A DNA stretch of 64,000 nt, taken from assembly GCA_963740315.1 (NCBI GenBank), contig CAVUDP010000002.1, forward strand, positions 1,152,001-1,216,000, given 5' to 3'. This document shows, one piece after another, positions 1 to 10,120 of the stretch (position 1 is the stretch's first letter; every line of letters begins with the position of its first letter). A program made the translations under genes and the position numbers. This DNA comes from an uncultured cyanobacterium. GTDB lineage: Bacteria > Cyanobacteriota > Cyanobacteriia > Cyanobacteriales > Nostocaceae. The notes below the pieces were generated by a model. That model was not told where the DNA came from, ran no database searches, and saw only the letters and a list, made by a program, of their open reading frames with translations.

Positions 1-1051
1 ATACTTTTCCTGCGATCGCCAAAGCAATTTCTGTTAAAGCTTTTGCTGATGCTGAATCTGAGTCGGCTACAACTATAGGTACACCGTTATCCCCGCCGAC
101 TCTGGTAGATATTTCCAACGGTACGCACCCCAATAAAGGTATTCCCAATTCGGCGGCTGTTTTTGAGCCACCACCGGAACCGAAAATATCATACTGTTTA
201 TCGGGCATATCTGGGGGTATAAAATAACTCATATTTTCGATAATCCCCAAAACTGGTACGTTCATCTGCTGAAACATCCGCAAGCCTTTACGAGAATCTA
301 GTAAAGCTACGTTCTGCGGCGTAGTTACTATCACGGCACCCGCGATCGGTACGGCTTGTGTCAATGTTAACTGAGCGTCACCCGTTCCCGGAGGCATATC
401 TACAATTAAGTAGTCTAGTTCTCCCCATTCCACTTGATATAAGAACTGGCGAATCACTCCATTTAACATCGGTCCGCGCCAAATTACGGGTTGATCTCGG
501 TCGATCAGAAAACCCATTGAAACTAGTTTGACACCATGATTAAAGGCAGGTTCCAAGATTTCGCCTTTTTCACCCTGACGAACAGTAATTTGAGCCGATT
601 CAAGTCCTAACATTGTGGGGTCGTTAGGTCCGTAAATATCGGCATCGAGCAAACCCACTTTAGCTCCGGTTTGAGCTAATGCTACGGCTATATTTACAGC
701 TACCGTGCTTTTACCGACACCACCTTTACCGCTAGAAACAGCAACAATATTTTTGATCCCGGCTATACTATTGCGATCGGGTAAACTTTTCTGTTGTGGT
801 GTTTCTGCCGTCACTTCTACCGCTACGTCCGTAACTCCTGGAAGTTTTTTAACAGCTTTTTCACAATCTTCAACGATAAATTCTCGTAAAGGGCAAGCAG
901 GTGTAGTCAAAACCAAAGTGAAGCTGACCTTGCCATCTTCGATTTTGACATTGCGAATCATATTCAGTTCCACCAAACTTTTGCGAAGTTCGGGATCTTC
1001 TACTGGTCGCAATATTTCTAAAACCGAACTCGCCGAAAGAACATCTTGCAT
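1..1051 (-). CDS. mrp: Mrp/NBP35 family Fe-S cluster carrier ATPase (3' end runs off window)
   Basis: Manual translation MQDVLSASSVLEILRPVEDPELRKSLV...TTPACP...VSSGKGGVGKST...DADIYGP; not in ORF track because truncated. Confidence 0.93.
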   Translation of the reverse strand, partial: MQDVLSASSVLEILRPVEDPELRKSLVELNMIRNVKIEDGKVSFTLVLTTPACPLREFIVEDCEKAVKKLPGVTDVAVEVTAETPQQKSLPDRNSIAGIKNIVAVSSGKGGVGKSTVAVNIAVALAQTGAKVGLLDADIYGPNDPTMLGLESAQITVRQGEKGEILEPAFNHGVKLVSMGFLIDRDQPVIWRGPMLNGVIRQFLYQVEWGELDYLIVDMPPGTGDAQLTLTQAVPIAGAVIVTTPQNVALLDSRKGLRMFQQMNVPVLGIIENMSYFIPPDMPDKQYDIFGSGGGSKTAAELGIPLLGCVPLEISTRVGGDNGVPIVVADSDSASAKALTEIALAIAGKV

Positions 1052-1116
1052 AGTATTTTTACAACTGAAGTTGAAACAATTTTTAACTTAAAATATTATC
1101 TATCTTTATGGGCATC

Positions 1117-1333
1117 GGGGAGGGGAGAGGGGGAGAGGGGGAGAGGGGGAGATGGGGAGATGGGGAGATGGGGAGAGGGGGAGAGGGGGAGAGGGGGAGA
1201 TGGGGAGATGGGGAGAGGGGGAGAGGGGGAGATGGGGAGAGGGGGAGAGGGGGAGATGGGGAGATGGGGAGAGGGGGAGAGGGGGAGATGGGGAGATGGG
1301 GAGATGGGGAGAGGGGGAGATGGGGAGATGGAG
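1117..1333. repeat. Tandem octamer repeat GGGGAGAG/GGGGAGAT
   Basis: Directly visible purine-rich tandem array. Confidence 0.95.
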
Positions 1334-1365
1334 GTAGTTAAATAGCGAGCTTTCCGGCGATCGCT

Positions 1366-1614
1366 ACTCTTAATTCCTAACTCCTAATTCCTAACTCCTA
1401 ACTCCTAACTCCTAACTCTTAACTCTTAACTCTTAACTCCTAACTCTTAACTCTTAACTCCTAACTCTTAACTCCTAACTCTTAACTCTTAACTCTTAAC
1501 TCCTAACTCTTAACTCTTAACTCCTAACTCTTAACTCCTAACTCTTAACTCCTAACTCCTAACTCTTAACTCCCTACTCCCTACTCCCTACTCCCTACTC
1601 CCTACTCCCTACTC
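1366..1614. repeat. STRR heptamer tandem repeat CTCCTAA/CTCTTAA grading into CTCCCTA
   Basis: Directly visible; typical of heterocystous cyanobacteria. Confidence 0.95.
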
Positions 1615-1618
1615 TTTC

Positions 1619-2140
1619 TTAGAACAATTCCGACTGGAAAGTAGATTTTCTTTTCCCCGATACTGCTTTAATTGCGGCTTCTTCAACGGCTTCGATTAAA
1701 GCCCGCGCTACTTTGTGAGCGTAAGGGCGGGAAAAAGACCAAACTAACGGAGACAGCCAACCGCGTAAAGTAACGGAGTAAGATAAACAACTACCGCAAA
1801 CTGTGGACTCTATTTTGTAACTGATTCTTTCTTCTACGCCGGGAATTGCCAAAATTCGCACGCTTAACAGTTCTCTGGGATTAACGCGCTCGACAAAAAT
1901 ACGGATTGGAATTGGTGAGAGGCGGGTAACAACTTGATAAATCAATCCTGGTTTGGGTACTAATCCGTAAGGTACGTTAGTACTTTTAAATAATGGGTGC
2001 CAGGAAACGTCTGCCAAATCAACAACTTTATGCCATATTTCATCCACAGAAGCGGAACTAATTTCGCGATAACTTCGCACCAAAGAGGCGCAAACTCGAC
2101 GACGTTTGCGGTTGATAAATTTCGATAACCAACCTTGCAT
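1619..2140 (-). CDS. SRPBCC/polyketide cyclase-like family protein
   Basis: ORF with good RBS (AGGAGG); 'ASVDEIWHKVVDLADVSWHP' resembles START-fold family. Confidence 0.7.
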   Translation of the reverse strand: MQGWLSKFINRKRRRVCASLVRSYREISSASVDEIWHKVVDLADVSWHPLFKSTNVPYGLVPKPGLIYQVVTRLSPIPIRIFVERVNPRELLSVRILAIPGVEERISYKIESTVCGSCLSYSVTLRGWLSPLVWSFSRPYAHKVARALIEAVEEAAIKAVSGKRKSTFQSELF

Positions 2141-2902
2141 TATTTTAATCCTCCTGGCTACACACTTAAACAGTAAATGAGGGTATGTTGGGTTTTGATT
2201 AGTAGTTCCCGTGTAAGAAAGTGAACGAGCTATGTTGAATTATTCCCAATCGCCCCTTACGCAGGAGATTGGCTGCAATGCCCGAATCTTTTTAAAGTAT
2301 TTAGCTTGTGTTTGGGGCACATAAATCTTCTTCAAAACAAAATTAAACAAGATATTCCAATCTTCTTTATAGAAACAATTTTATATGTTGCTTATGTTTA
2401 ATTACATTAAGCCCAAACGAGCAACCAATATCTTTTTCCTCTGAGAGGAAATGTCTGCTTTTAGTCACTCCGATTCTATAAAAGGCAAATATAGCAGCAG
2501 TTACAGTAGTTCAAGTGTAAATAAAGGTATCTCCATACAGAACGCCATCTGACTCGATCGCTGTTGCCTAATTCGGAAATGCCTTCTTAGTGATGCCCCT
2601 TCAGATAAGCAGGTTCTACAGGTTATTGTTACAGAATTTAGTCTCAATAGTGGGGTATTTGCACAAAAAAGTTGCAAAATAATTTGTAGCGGCATTATTC
2701 GTGATGCTTCACACGGGCAGAGTCGTTCACAAAAGTTAATCAATATACAAGCTTATACCTATTTGAGGGAGAATAACTTTATTCACCTTATTTACCTGAC
2801 CGGGAAATTACGCGGATTATTTACATTGCATGATTGCGGGATTTAACAAAGCGAATATTTCCGTTAGGAAAAAGTAAAAACGTTATTTATATCTAGAAAT
2901 TT

Positions 2903-3943
2903 ATGTTGACATCGCAAACTTCCCCTAAATCGCCTTCTTCTCAACCTTTACCGCCATCTGACGCTAAAACTAGAGTCAGTAAGTTTATGAAGCAGTTACA
3001 AGATGAGATTTCTCAAACTTTAGCTGAACTCGATGGCTCGGGGCAATTTCAAGAAGATAGTTGGGAACGTCCCGAAGGTGGTGGAGGACGTTCGCGAGTT
3101 TTGCAGGATGGTGCAATGTTTGAACAAGGTGGTGTAAATTTTTCTGAAGTTTGGGGTTCTAAATTACCGCCTTCAATTATTGCAAATCGTCCGGAAGCTG
3201 AAGGACACAAGTTTTATGCGACGGGAACTTCAATGGTGCTGCACCCCCGCAATCCGTATTGTCCTACAGTCCATTTAAATTACCGCTACTTTGAAGCAGG
3301 TCCTGTTTGGTGGTTTGGTGGCGGTGCGGATATGACTCCTTACTATCCTTTTGCCGAAGATGCGACACATTTCCATCAAACCTTCAAGGAGGCTTGCGAT
3401 AATCATCATCAAGAATATTACCCGGTGTTCAAACGCTGGTGCGATGAATATTTTTACCTCAAGCATCGTGATGAAACCAGAGGTGTCGGCGGTTTATTCT
3501 TCGATTACCAAGACGGAACGGGTGCTTTATATCGCGGTCCCCATCCAGATAAAGCAGCGGCTGAGTATAGCAATGAAATTGGCGAATTACCCACTCGTAA
3601 TTGGGAAGAAATATTTGGCTTTGTTCAAGAATGCGGTAAGTCATTTTTACCGGCTTATCTACCAATCGTCGAAAAAAGACACCCGATGGAATATAGCGAT
3701 CGCCAGCGAGATTTTCAGCTGTATCGCCGAGGTAGATATGTTGAATTTAATTTAGTTTACGACCGGGGTACAATTTTTGGTCTGCAAACCAACGGACGTA
3801 CTGAGTCCATTTTGATGTCTTTGCCGCCCTTAGTACGCTGGCAATATGGGTATAAGCCAGAACCAAATTCTCCAGAAGCCGAATTGTACGAAACCTTCCT
3901 CAAGCCTCAAGATTGGGTCAACTGGAGCCAGAGCCATACTTAA
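2903..3943 (+). CDS. hemF: Oxygen-dependent coproporphyrinogen III oxidase
   Basis: Motifs [42 protein letters not shown]. Confidence 0.97.
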   Translation: MLTSQTSPKSPSSQPLPPSDAKTRVSKFMKQLQDEISQTLAELDGSGQFQEDSWERPEGGGGRSRVLQDGAMFEQGGVNFSEVWGSKLPPSIIANRPEAEGHKFYATGTSMVLHPRNPYCPTVHLNYRYFEAGPVWWFGGGADMTPYYPFAEDATHFHQTFKEACDNHHQEYYPVFKRWCDEYFYLKHRDETRGVGGLFFDYQDGTGALYRGPHPDKAAAEYSNEIGELPTRNWEEIFGFVQECGKSFLPAYLPIVEKRHPMEYSDRQRDFQLYRRGRYVEFNLVYDRGTIFGLQTNGRTESILMSLPPLVRWQYGYKPEPNSPEAELYETFLKPQDWVNWSQSHT

Positions 3944-4182
3944 ATAATGTAAGTTAAACTACTAAAATCAGTATTTGTGCAAGGTGACAATTATGGCTGT
4001 AGCTTGTTAAACTCTCGCTACAGCATTAATAAATTTTGTTACTGGTGAAGCTAGTTGTTTTAATCTATAAGTAAATTTTATAAATTTTAGAGGAACTATA
4101 GAGTAACATCTATAAGCTTCAGTAGTATTTTGCACAAAAAGCTGTATCTAATTAGTTAGTTTGAAGAGTGCTAGGGGAATTT

Positions 4183-4551
4183 ATGATTCATATAGAACAA
4201 AAAAGTTATACAACTCAAGACGGGAATACCGTTATCGTTTTATCACCGACTGGGCGTTTAGACATCACCACAGCTTGGCAGTTTCGTCTCAAGCTACAAG
4301 AATGTATTTCTAAAGTCAGTCCCCATGTGGTGGTAAATTTGGGACAGGTAAATTTTATTGATAGTTCCGGTCTTACTTCTTTGGTTGCTGGAATGCGCGA
4401 TGCGGACAAAGTGAAGGGTAGTTTCCGTATTTGTAACGTACATCCAGAAGCTAAGTTAGTTTTTGAAGTAACGATGATGGATACCGTATTTGAAATATTT
4501 GAAACTGAAGAGGAAGCTTTGGAAGGCGTGCCTCGTAGTATTGCTAGCTAA
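4183..4551 (+). CDS. STAS-domain anti-sigma factor antagonist
   Basis: GRLD...VNFIDSSGL motif; ATG at 4183 after AGGGG. Confidence 0.9.
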   Translation: MIHIEQKSYTTQDGNTVIVLSPTGRLDITTAWQFRLKLQECISKVSPHVVVNLGQVNFIDSSGLTSLVAGMRDADKVKGSFRICNVHPEAKLVFEVTMMDTVFEIFETEEEALEGVPRSIAS

Positions 4552-4803
4552 AAGGACCACCGGAGTTAGGACCACCGGAGTTAGGAGTTAACAGTTGGGA
4601 GTTAAAGTTAAATATTTATAATTCTTATTGACCATTTTTAGGAGAATTGAATTTCGCCTTTTGATATTAAAGGGCTATTAAAATTCAAGTTAGTAATTCG
4701 AGTATTGCTACCTATTTTCCAGTACTCTTAATACAATTTCACCTGTCTTCTTGAAACGGTATAGCTGCTAACTCTTAACTCTTAACTCTTAATTTTGTCA
4801 TTA

Positions 4804-5391
4804 CTATTGCAACTTGGTGTAGCGATAAGGACCTAAAATCGCGCCCCAGGTTGCTTTTCGGGTTTCTATATCAATTCCTTTGTCATAGCTGAGAAATTCT
4901 TTTTGGGTTGCTTCAAATCCCAAAGAAACTTCGATCGTATTACCAGCGTAATCAAACGTGCAGCGATTATCTGGTATGGGTTTAGCAATAAATTTGTATT
5001 GATGAGGAGCGAGGGTTTCTACGTTCATTGTTAAAACGCATCCCGGTAGTATATCTAATTGTTCGGAGGTAAGAGCATTAAGTGATGTATAATTTCGACC
5101 TGCACCAATCCAAGCTGTTGGATCTTTAAACATATAGTACTGAACCTTAAACGATTCATCAGCGATCGCGGGTGTAATTCTGATAATTCGCTGACGGTAA
5201 GGTTTTTCTATGTTGAGAGTGTTTGCTTGCTCGGCAAATAACGTCAAACTGTCTTCTTGAAATAAAGATACAGGTCTTTGCCACATACGTAAATATACGT
5301 ACCAAGCAGGATCGATCATTGCCTGTTCTTTGTTCTCAAACTCACCTGCCAAGTACTCGCTAATGGTGTTTAAATCTGGCAAAGAACTCAT
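4804..5391 (-). CDS. cpcT: CpcT/CpeT phycobilin chromophore lyase
   Basis: LAGEFENKEQA, PYRQR, PGC, SYDKG, WG motifs. Confidence 0.88.
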   Translation of the reverse strand: MSSLPDLNTISEYLAGEFENKEQAMIDPAWYVYLRMWQRPVSLFQEDSLTLFAEQANTLNIEKPYRQRIIRITPAIADESFKVQYYMFKDPTAWIGAGRNYTSLNALTSEQLDILPGCVLTMNVETLAPHQYKFIAKPIPDNRCTFDYAGNTIEVSLGFEATQKEFLSYDKGIDIETRKATWGAILGPYRYTKLQ

Positions 5392-5656
5392 GAATACAAA
5401 TTGGATATTAAACTATCATTTATATGGGTTGATTATATAGGAAAAGCGGTTCTACTTGCGATCGCCATACCTAAAATATGGTTGTAATATTTCTATTGCA
5501 GCTTGAATCAGCCATTTGTAAAATCGTAATTGCTTCTAAGCAACCAAGGATGTATTTTACTTTAGTCGGTGTAGTTAGGGAATCATTACTTGGCAAAGTT
5601 GCATACAAGCGCGAGAATAAGTTTACATTACTCTTAAATTTCATAAAAATTTCTTC

Positions 5657-6361
5657 GTGAATAACGTCCGTACTGTTTCTGAAACAAAAAGAACTTTCTA
5701 CAGTCTTCACACCCGTCCAATCAACACGATTTATCGTCGCGTGGTTGAAGAATTAATGGTAGAAATGCACCTGCTGAGTGTAAATGCCGATTTTAAATAC
5801 GATCCCATTTATGCTTTGGGTGTAGTAACTACCTTTGAAAGATTTATGCAGGGTTACAAGCCCGACGAGGACAAAGAATCGATTTATAATGCCTTGATTA
5901 AGTCAGTGGAAGAAGATCCACAGAAATACAGACAAGATGCTCAAAGGTTAGAAAATTTAGCTAAAAGCATACCAGCTAAAGATTTAGTTAGCAATTTGAG
6001 TCAGCAACGCTTGGGTAATGAGTCTGATTTACAGGCACTATTAGAAAGTATTGCTAATAATTCAAAGTTTAAATACAGTCGTTTATTTGCGATTGGTTTA
6101 TATACTTTATTAGAAACGTCAGATCCAGAAATGGTTAAAGACGAAAAACTTCGTAATGAAGCTTTGAAAACTATTGCAAATGGATTGCATTTACCTGATG
6201 ATAAACTGAGCAAAGATTTAGATTTATACCGCTCTAACTTGGATAAAATGGCGCAAGCAGCCATAGTAATGGCGGATATGATTGCAGCAGAGCGTAAAAG
6301 ACGCGAGCAACGCGCGGCTGAGAAATCCGAGAGTAAAGTTGCGCCTCCCTCTCAAGAATGA
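5657..6361 (+). CDS. psb29: Photosystem II biogenesis protein Psb29/THF1
   Basis: RTVSETKRTFY, ELMVEMHLL, FKYSRLFAIG motifs. Confidence 0.96.
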   Translation: MNNVRTVSETKRTFYSLHTRPINTIYRRVVEELMVEMHLLSVNADFKYDPIYALGVVTTFERFMQGYKPDEDKESIYNALIKSVEEDPQKYRQDAQRLENLAKSIPAKDLVSNLSQQRLGNESDLQALLESIANNSKFKYSRLFAIGLYTLLETSDPEMVKDEKLRNEALKTIANGLHLPDDKLSKDLDLYRSNLDKMAQAAIVMADMIAAERKRREQRAAEKSESKVAPPSQE

Positions 6362-6381
6362 TCTTCCAAATTTTGGATTTT

Positions 6382-6432
6382 GCCGAAAGTTGTCGTGCGG
6401 GGGTTCCCGCCGCCCTGGCAAACTTTTCAAGA
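6382..6432. repeat. Small dispersed imperfect-palindrome element embedded in TTTTGGA/TTTTAGA repeats
   Basis: GAAAGTTGTCGTGCGGGGTTCCCGCCGCCCTGGCAAACTTTTC is roughly self-complementary and GC-rich versus flanks. Confidence 0.55.
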
Positions 6433-6646
6433 CGGATTTTAGATTAAAAAAAACAAGCCCCTAGCTAAAGTAGGGGATAATCTAAAATGCCCAAATCGAA
6501 AAAATCTTTAATTTAAACCATATTTTCTGAGATTGGCAAACCTCTTCCAAGAAGAGAACAATCTAAAATCTAAAATCGAGTAGATTATGCCGATTATTGA
6601 TGAAGGAGTTAGGAGGATTTAAATTTATCACTCCTAACTTTTAAGA

Positions 6647-7012
6647 TTACAAGGGCAAAATTGAGTAAATTATGCTGCTAACAACTGACAGTGTTAGCGC
6701 CCCCATAATTGCGCTCCAAATTCCGTAACGCAAGCGAAATCCTTGTACTATATAGGCTGCAATCCCAAAACAGATCGCGGAGATAATAAAGGTAAACACG
6801 CCTTGAAATAAAGTCAGCGTCAGAAGATTTGGTATTGCAAAAAGTAGGATGAAAATCGGCTTAACTAATACGGTAACAATCCCCAAAACAGCAGCAGAAA
6901 CAAAGCTTTTATTTAGAGAATCAACTTCAACTCCTATAAAGGGAATTTTGCTGATAATTAAAAAGCTAACGGCTGTTACTAACCAAGCAACTAAAAGTGC
7001 GACGATATTCAT
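6647..7012 (-). CDS. YvlD/phage-holin-like four-TM membrane protein
   Basis: Hydrophobic; 'VKPIFILL..P.LLTL.LF' pattern; paralog at 55985. Confidence 0.8.
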   Translation of the reverse strand: MNIVALLVAWLVTAVSFLIISKIPFIGVEVDSLNKSFVSAAVLGIVTVLVKPIFILLFAIPNLLTLTLFQGVFTFIISAICFGIAAYIVQGFRLRYGIWSAIMGALTLSVVSSIIYSILPL

Positions 7013-7195
7013 CTGAATTTAAGGTTAAAGATCTGCATGTTAAAGGTATTGAGTGAGGAGTATTGAGTGAGCAGTGAACAGTGAGCAGTGAGCAGTGAAC
7101 AGTGAGCAGTGAACAGTTACCAGTCTTCAATTTATAACTCTACCCCCTCTACCTCATCTCCCTCATCCCCCCCATCTCCCCATCTCCCCATCCCC

Positions 7196-7909
7196 TTAAG
7201 GACTGGGATTAGTCTGCGGCGCACTGGGTGCAACGGTTGCGCCAGGGGCTGGTGCTGTGGTGGGAGCCGATGCTGGCGGAACTCCTTGTCCGGTTTGGGG
7301 TTGATTGGGGATGGTAGGAAGCGGGATTTGCGTGCTATCGGGTGGTAAATTGAGGTTCGGGTTATTTGGAGGTAAGTTAGGGGCAGGAGTGACTGGTAAG
7401 CCTGGTAAAGGTAACGTTCCACCAGGAGTAGCTCCAGGTAGATTCGGAAGACTAGGAAGTGGCTGCAATGGATTTGCAGGCTGTTCTTCAGAACCAGGTA
7501 TAATTGCTAAAGATACTCTGTCACCACCCACTTGTCGCAGCAAATCTAATATTTCGATTACATCATTATAAGTTGCCGATCGCGAAGCATATAATACTAA
7601 AGTACCTCTAGGATTTTGTGCAAGATAGTTCTTTAAGATATCTCCTAGCTGCTGCCGCTCTATAGCATCTTTCTCTACATAAATTTGACCGAATGCATCA
7701 ATAGTAACGGGTAAGATTTGCCGTTCTCCTTGTGCCGGTACGCTGGGTGATGCAGTGTTAGCTTGAGGTAAATCGATGTTGATTGACTGTTGGCGAGTAA
7801 ATTGTAACGATGCCAGAATAAAAAATGTCAGAATGCAAAAAACAACATCAATTAACGGGATAATTTGAATTTGAACTTCTTCGGTTGGATTATTGAGGTT
7901 TATTTTCAT
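7196..7909 (-). CDS. exbD: Biopolymer transporter ExbD with Pro-rich tail
   Basis: IQIIPLIDVVFCILTFF motif; downstream of exbB. Confidence 0.92.
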   Translation of the reverse strand: MKINLNNPTEEVQIQIIPLIDVVFCILTFFILASLQFTRQQSINIDLPQANTASPSVPAQGERQILPVTIDAFGQIYVEKDAIERQQLGDILKNYLAQNPRGTLVLYASRSATYNDVIEILDLLRQVGGDRVSLAIIPGSEEQPANPLQPLPSLPNLPGATPGGTLPLPGLPVTPAPNLPPNNPNLNLPPDSTQIPLPTIPNQPQTGQGVPPASAPTTAPAPGATVAPSAPQTNPSP

Positions 7910-8095
7910 CTTTTAATTCTCACTACATCATAAAAGCATCTAGCGATCGAGCATGCTCACTAAGTTGAAGGCGATCGCATAGCATAGCTTAGCCGAATTT
8001 AAATAAAACTTGGTTGCGGGCGTATCCTATAGAAAAAAACACGGCGTTGTAGAGAACGTTTACTCCGTGTGTGTGTAGAGCCTACTGGTTAATTC

Positions 8096-8890
8096 CTACT
8101 GTTTATTATCTTCAGATTCGGGTGAATCGGAATCTAATGTTTTAGGAAATTCGGATAACTTGTTTTTACCTCGTTTGCGTGGGTTTGTAGAATTTTCCCT
8201 TGTAGTAGTAATATCCTTATCTGTTGCAATTGCTTCAGGTAGCGCTCTTTGGGGCGTAAAATTGCTATCGGTTGGAGGAAATTGGCGATAAAGTAGCTCC
8301 ATTTCATTTCCAGATGCACGGAAAACTTTGACTTGATTAAATAGCAAAGCTTGAAACCATCTGTAAAATATCAAACTGACGATCGCAACCACTAACCCTG
8401 CTGCGGTACTGTATAGCGATTCCCCGATACCAGTGGTGACTCCAGCACTAGCTTCGGTACCTAAATCCGAAATTTTGATTGATTCGAGAGATTGAATCAA
8501 ACCCCAAACCGTACCAAACAATCCGAGTAAAGGCGCGATCGCAATTACCAACTCTAAAACTTTTTCGCCGCGACGCATTAAAGCTAATTCGTTTTCTGCA
8601 CTAGATTCGAGCGCCAATCTAAAAGTTTCGGGATCCCTTCTTGGTATACTTAAAGGCGCATAGAGAAACCTGCCTATAGGTTGACGATCTGCTCGTTCTG
8701 CAATTTCTGTAGCTACCCCCCAATCATCCCGAGCTGCGTCTAATACGCGATCGACAATTTTCCTTTCTTGAGCTAGAATTCTCAGCCAGAACCATATCCG
8801 CTCGAAAATTACGCTCAAAGATAAAATCGAGAAAAAAAGTAAAGGCCATACTACAGGACCTATCTTACGTACAATATCTTCAATATTCAT
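8096..8890 (-). CDS. exbB: MotA/TolQ/ExbB proton channel protein
   Basis: APLLGLFGTVWGLI and GIGESLYSTAAGL motifs; ATG 8890 after GGAG. Confidence 0.92.
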   Translation of the reverse strand: MNIEDIVRKIGPVVWPLLFFSILSLSVIFERIWFWLRILAQERKIVDRVLDAARDDWGVATEIAERADRQPIGRFLYAPLSIPRRDPETFRLALESSAENELALMRRGEKVLELVIAIAPLLGLFGTVWGLIQSLESIKISDLGTEASAGVTTGIGESLYSTAAGLVVAIVSLIFYRWFQALLFNQVKVFRASGNEMELLYRQFPPTDSNFTPQRALPEAIATDKDITTTRENSTNPRKRGKNKLSEFPKTLDSDSPESEDNKQ

Positions 8891-9111
8891 GCTTATAAAT
8901 CTCCTCCGTTCATCCTCAACCAAATTCACACCACTTCAATTTTAGAGATTAATGCACAACTTCTACATTTTTATGAAAAGAACGTGTATATCCGAACCTT
9001 ACCGAACTAAGATAAGCGGTAGCATATTCCGATGCGTCAATAGGGCGGTTATTCCCACAGTTCGTAATGGTCATTTTTTGTCAAAATTAAAGGTAAGTTG
9101 AGGCTATAAAT

Positions 9112-9429
9112 ATGAAATACTCAATACAATCAGTTTATGAATGGTATCGTGGTTTGATTCGCGATCCAAAGTATCGTTGGTGGGTGCTTTTAGGGACTCT
9201 CGTATATTTTGTTAGTCCGATTGATGTAATTCCTGACATTTTCCCAATTGTTGGGGAACTTGATGATGTTTTTCTGTTAACTTTATTAGTTAGCGAATTC
9301 TCTCAAATGGTTATCGAAGGCTTTAAAGCACGTAAGGGAGTTACGGATACAGATACAGGGGCAAATGCTTCCGAACAAGCTGGTAAGAGCGCAGATACTA
9401 TTGATGTTGATGCCATTCCCTTAAAATAG
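9112..9429 (+). CDS. DUF1232/YkvA family protein
   Basis: YFVSPIDVIPDIFPIVGELDD motif. Confidence 0.88.
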   Translation: MKYSIQSVYEWYRGLIRDPKYRWWVLLGTLVYFVSPIDVIPDIFPIVGELDDVFLLTLLVSEFSQMVIEGFKARKGVTDTDTGANASEQAGKSADTIDVDAIPLK

Positions 9430-9580
9430 TGTCGGTAATAAAACAAAACTTAATTAACCTCCTTTTTCTGCAACAATAATGCACCGAGAAAGGGGGATAT
9501 TTTTTTTCAGTGAACAGTTAGCAGTGAGCAGTTAGCAGTGAACAGTTACCAGTTAATAATTGTCCGTTATTACACTGAAA

Positions 9581-9968
9581 TTTAAATACTCTGGATTAAT
9601 CTCGCGCAATTCTTCGTACTCAGTTAAGCCTGCATTCTTTATATATTTAACGCTCAGTTATATAACCGTTCCCCCAGCCCTATTCCCTACTTTTTATCTA
9701 AACAAAATGTTCAATTGTTTAATTGAATGTTGGCACATGTAGTTAAATAATTTACAGTTTTAACACTTACTTGAATCACTTTTAATTGTTCTAAATCCGT
9801 AATCTGATTTTGTGGCATTAATTGTAATCCTTCTTTACCTTTACCAAATTTAATTTCTAAATCCATTTAAATCCCTGATATTATTCCTCGTGTTTCACCA
9901 CGTATTTCACTGTGTACTTCACGTTCTCTCAAATGCTGATACCAAGCATATTCCTATAATGCAGCCAT
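9581..9968 (-). pseudogene. Decayed copy of Rpn C-terminal domain, with two in-frame stops and a ~130 bp insertion
   Basis: Translates MAAL*EYAWYQHLRE...RGIISGI*MDLEIKFG..EGLQLMPQNQITDLEQLKVIQ..VKTVN; last codons reappear at 9581-9615; aligns to 15864-16121. Confidence 0.85.
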
Positions 9969-10120
9969 ACACCGTAGGGAGTTCTTATAATACGCTATCT
10001 AAATATTTAACTTAATTCGCTTATTTATCCAAAGATGAACTCATATTCTGTCGCAGGTATGAGAGAAATATAAACCACTACTTGGTATTCTATATTTCAT
10101 TTGCGATTAGAGAGGTTGCG

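Noticed and set aside
705..1345. Plus-strand ORFs 705-1091, 1046-1345, 1108-1341, 1152-1337
   Set aside because: Antisense shadow of mrp and translations of the GGGGAGA[G/T] repeat
2141..2902. ORF 2501-2743 or an ncRNA in the 760-bp divergent intergenic region
   Set aside because: No recognisable motif, RBS or RNA family from the sequence alone
6647..7012. Prophage suggested by 'holin-like' genes (also 55985-56374)
   Set aside because: Common chromosomal membrane-protein family; no phage structural, lysin or integrase genes in the window
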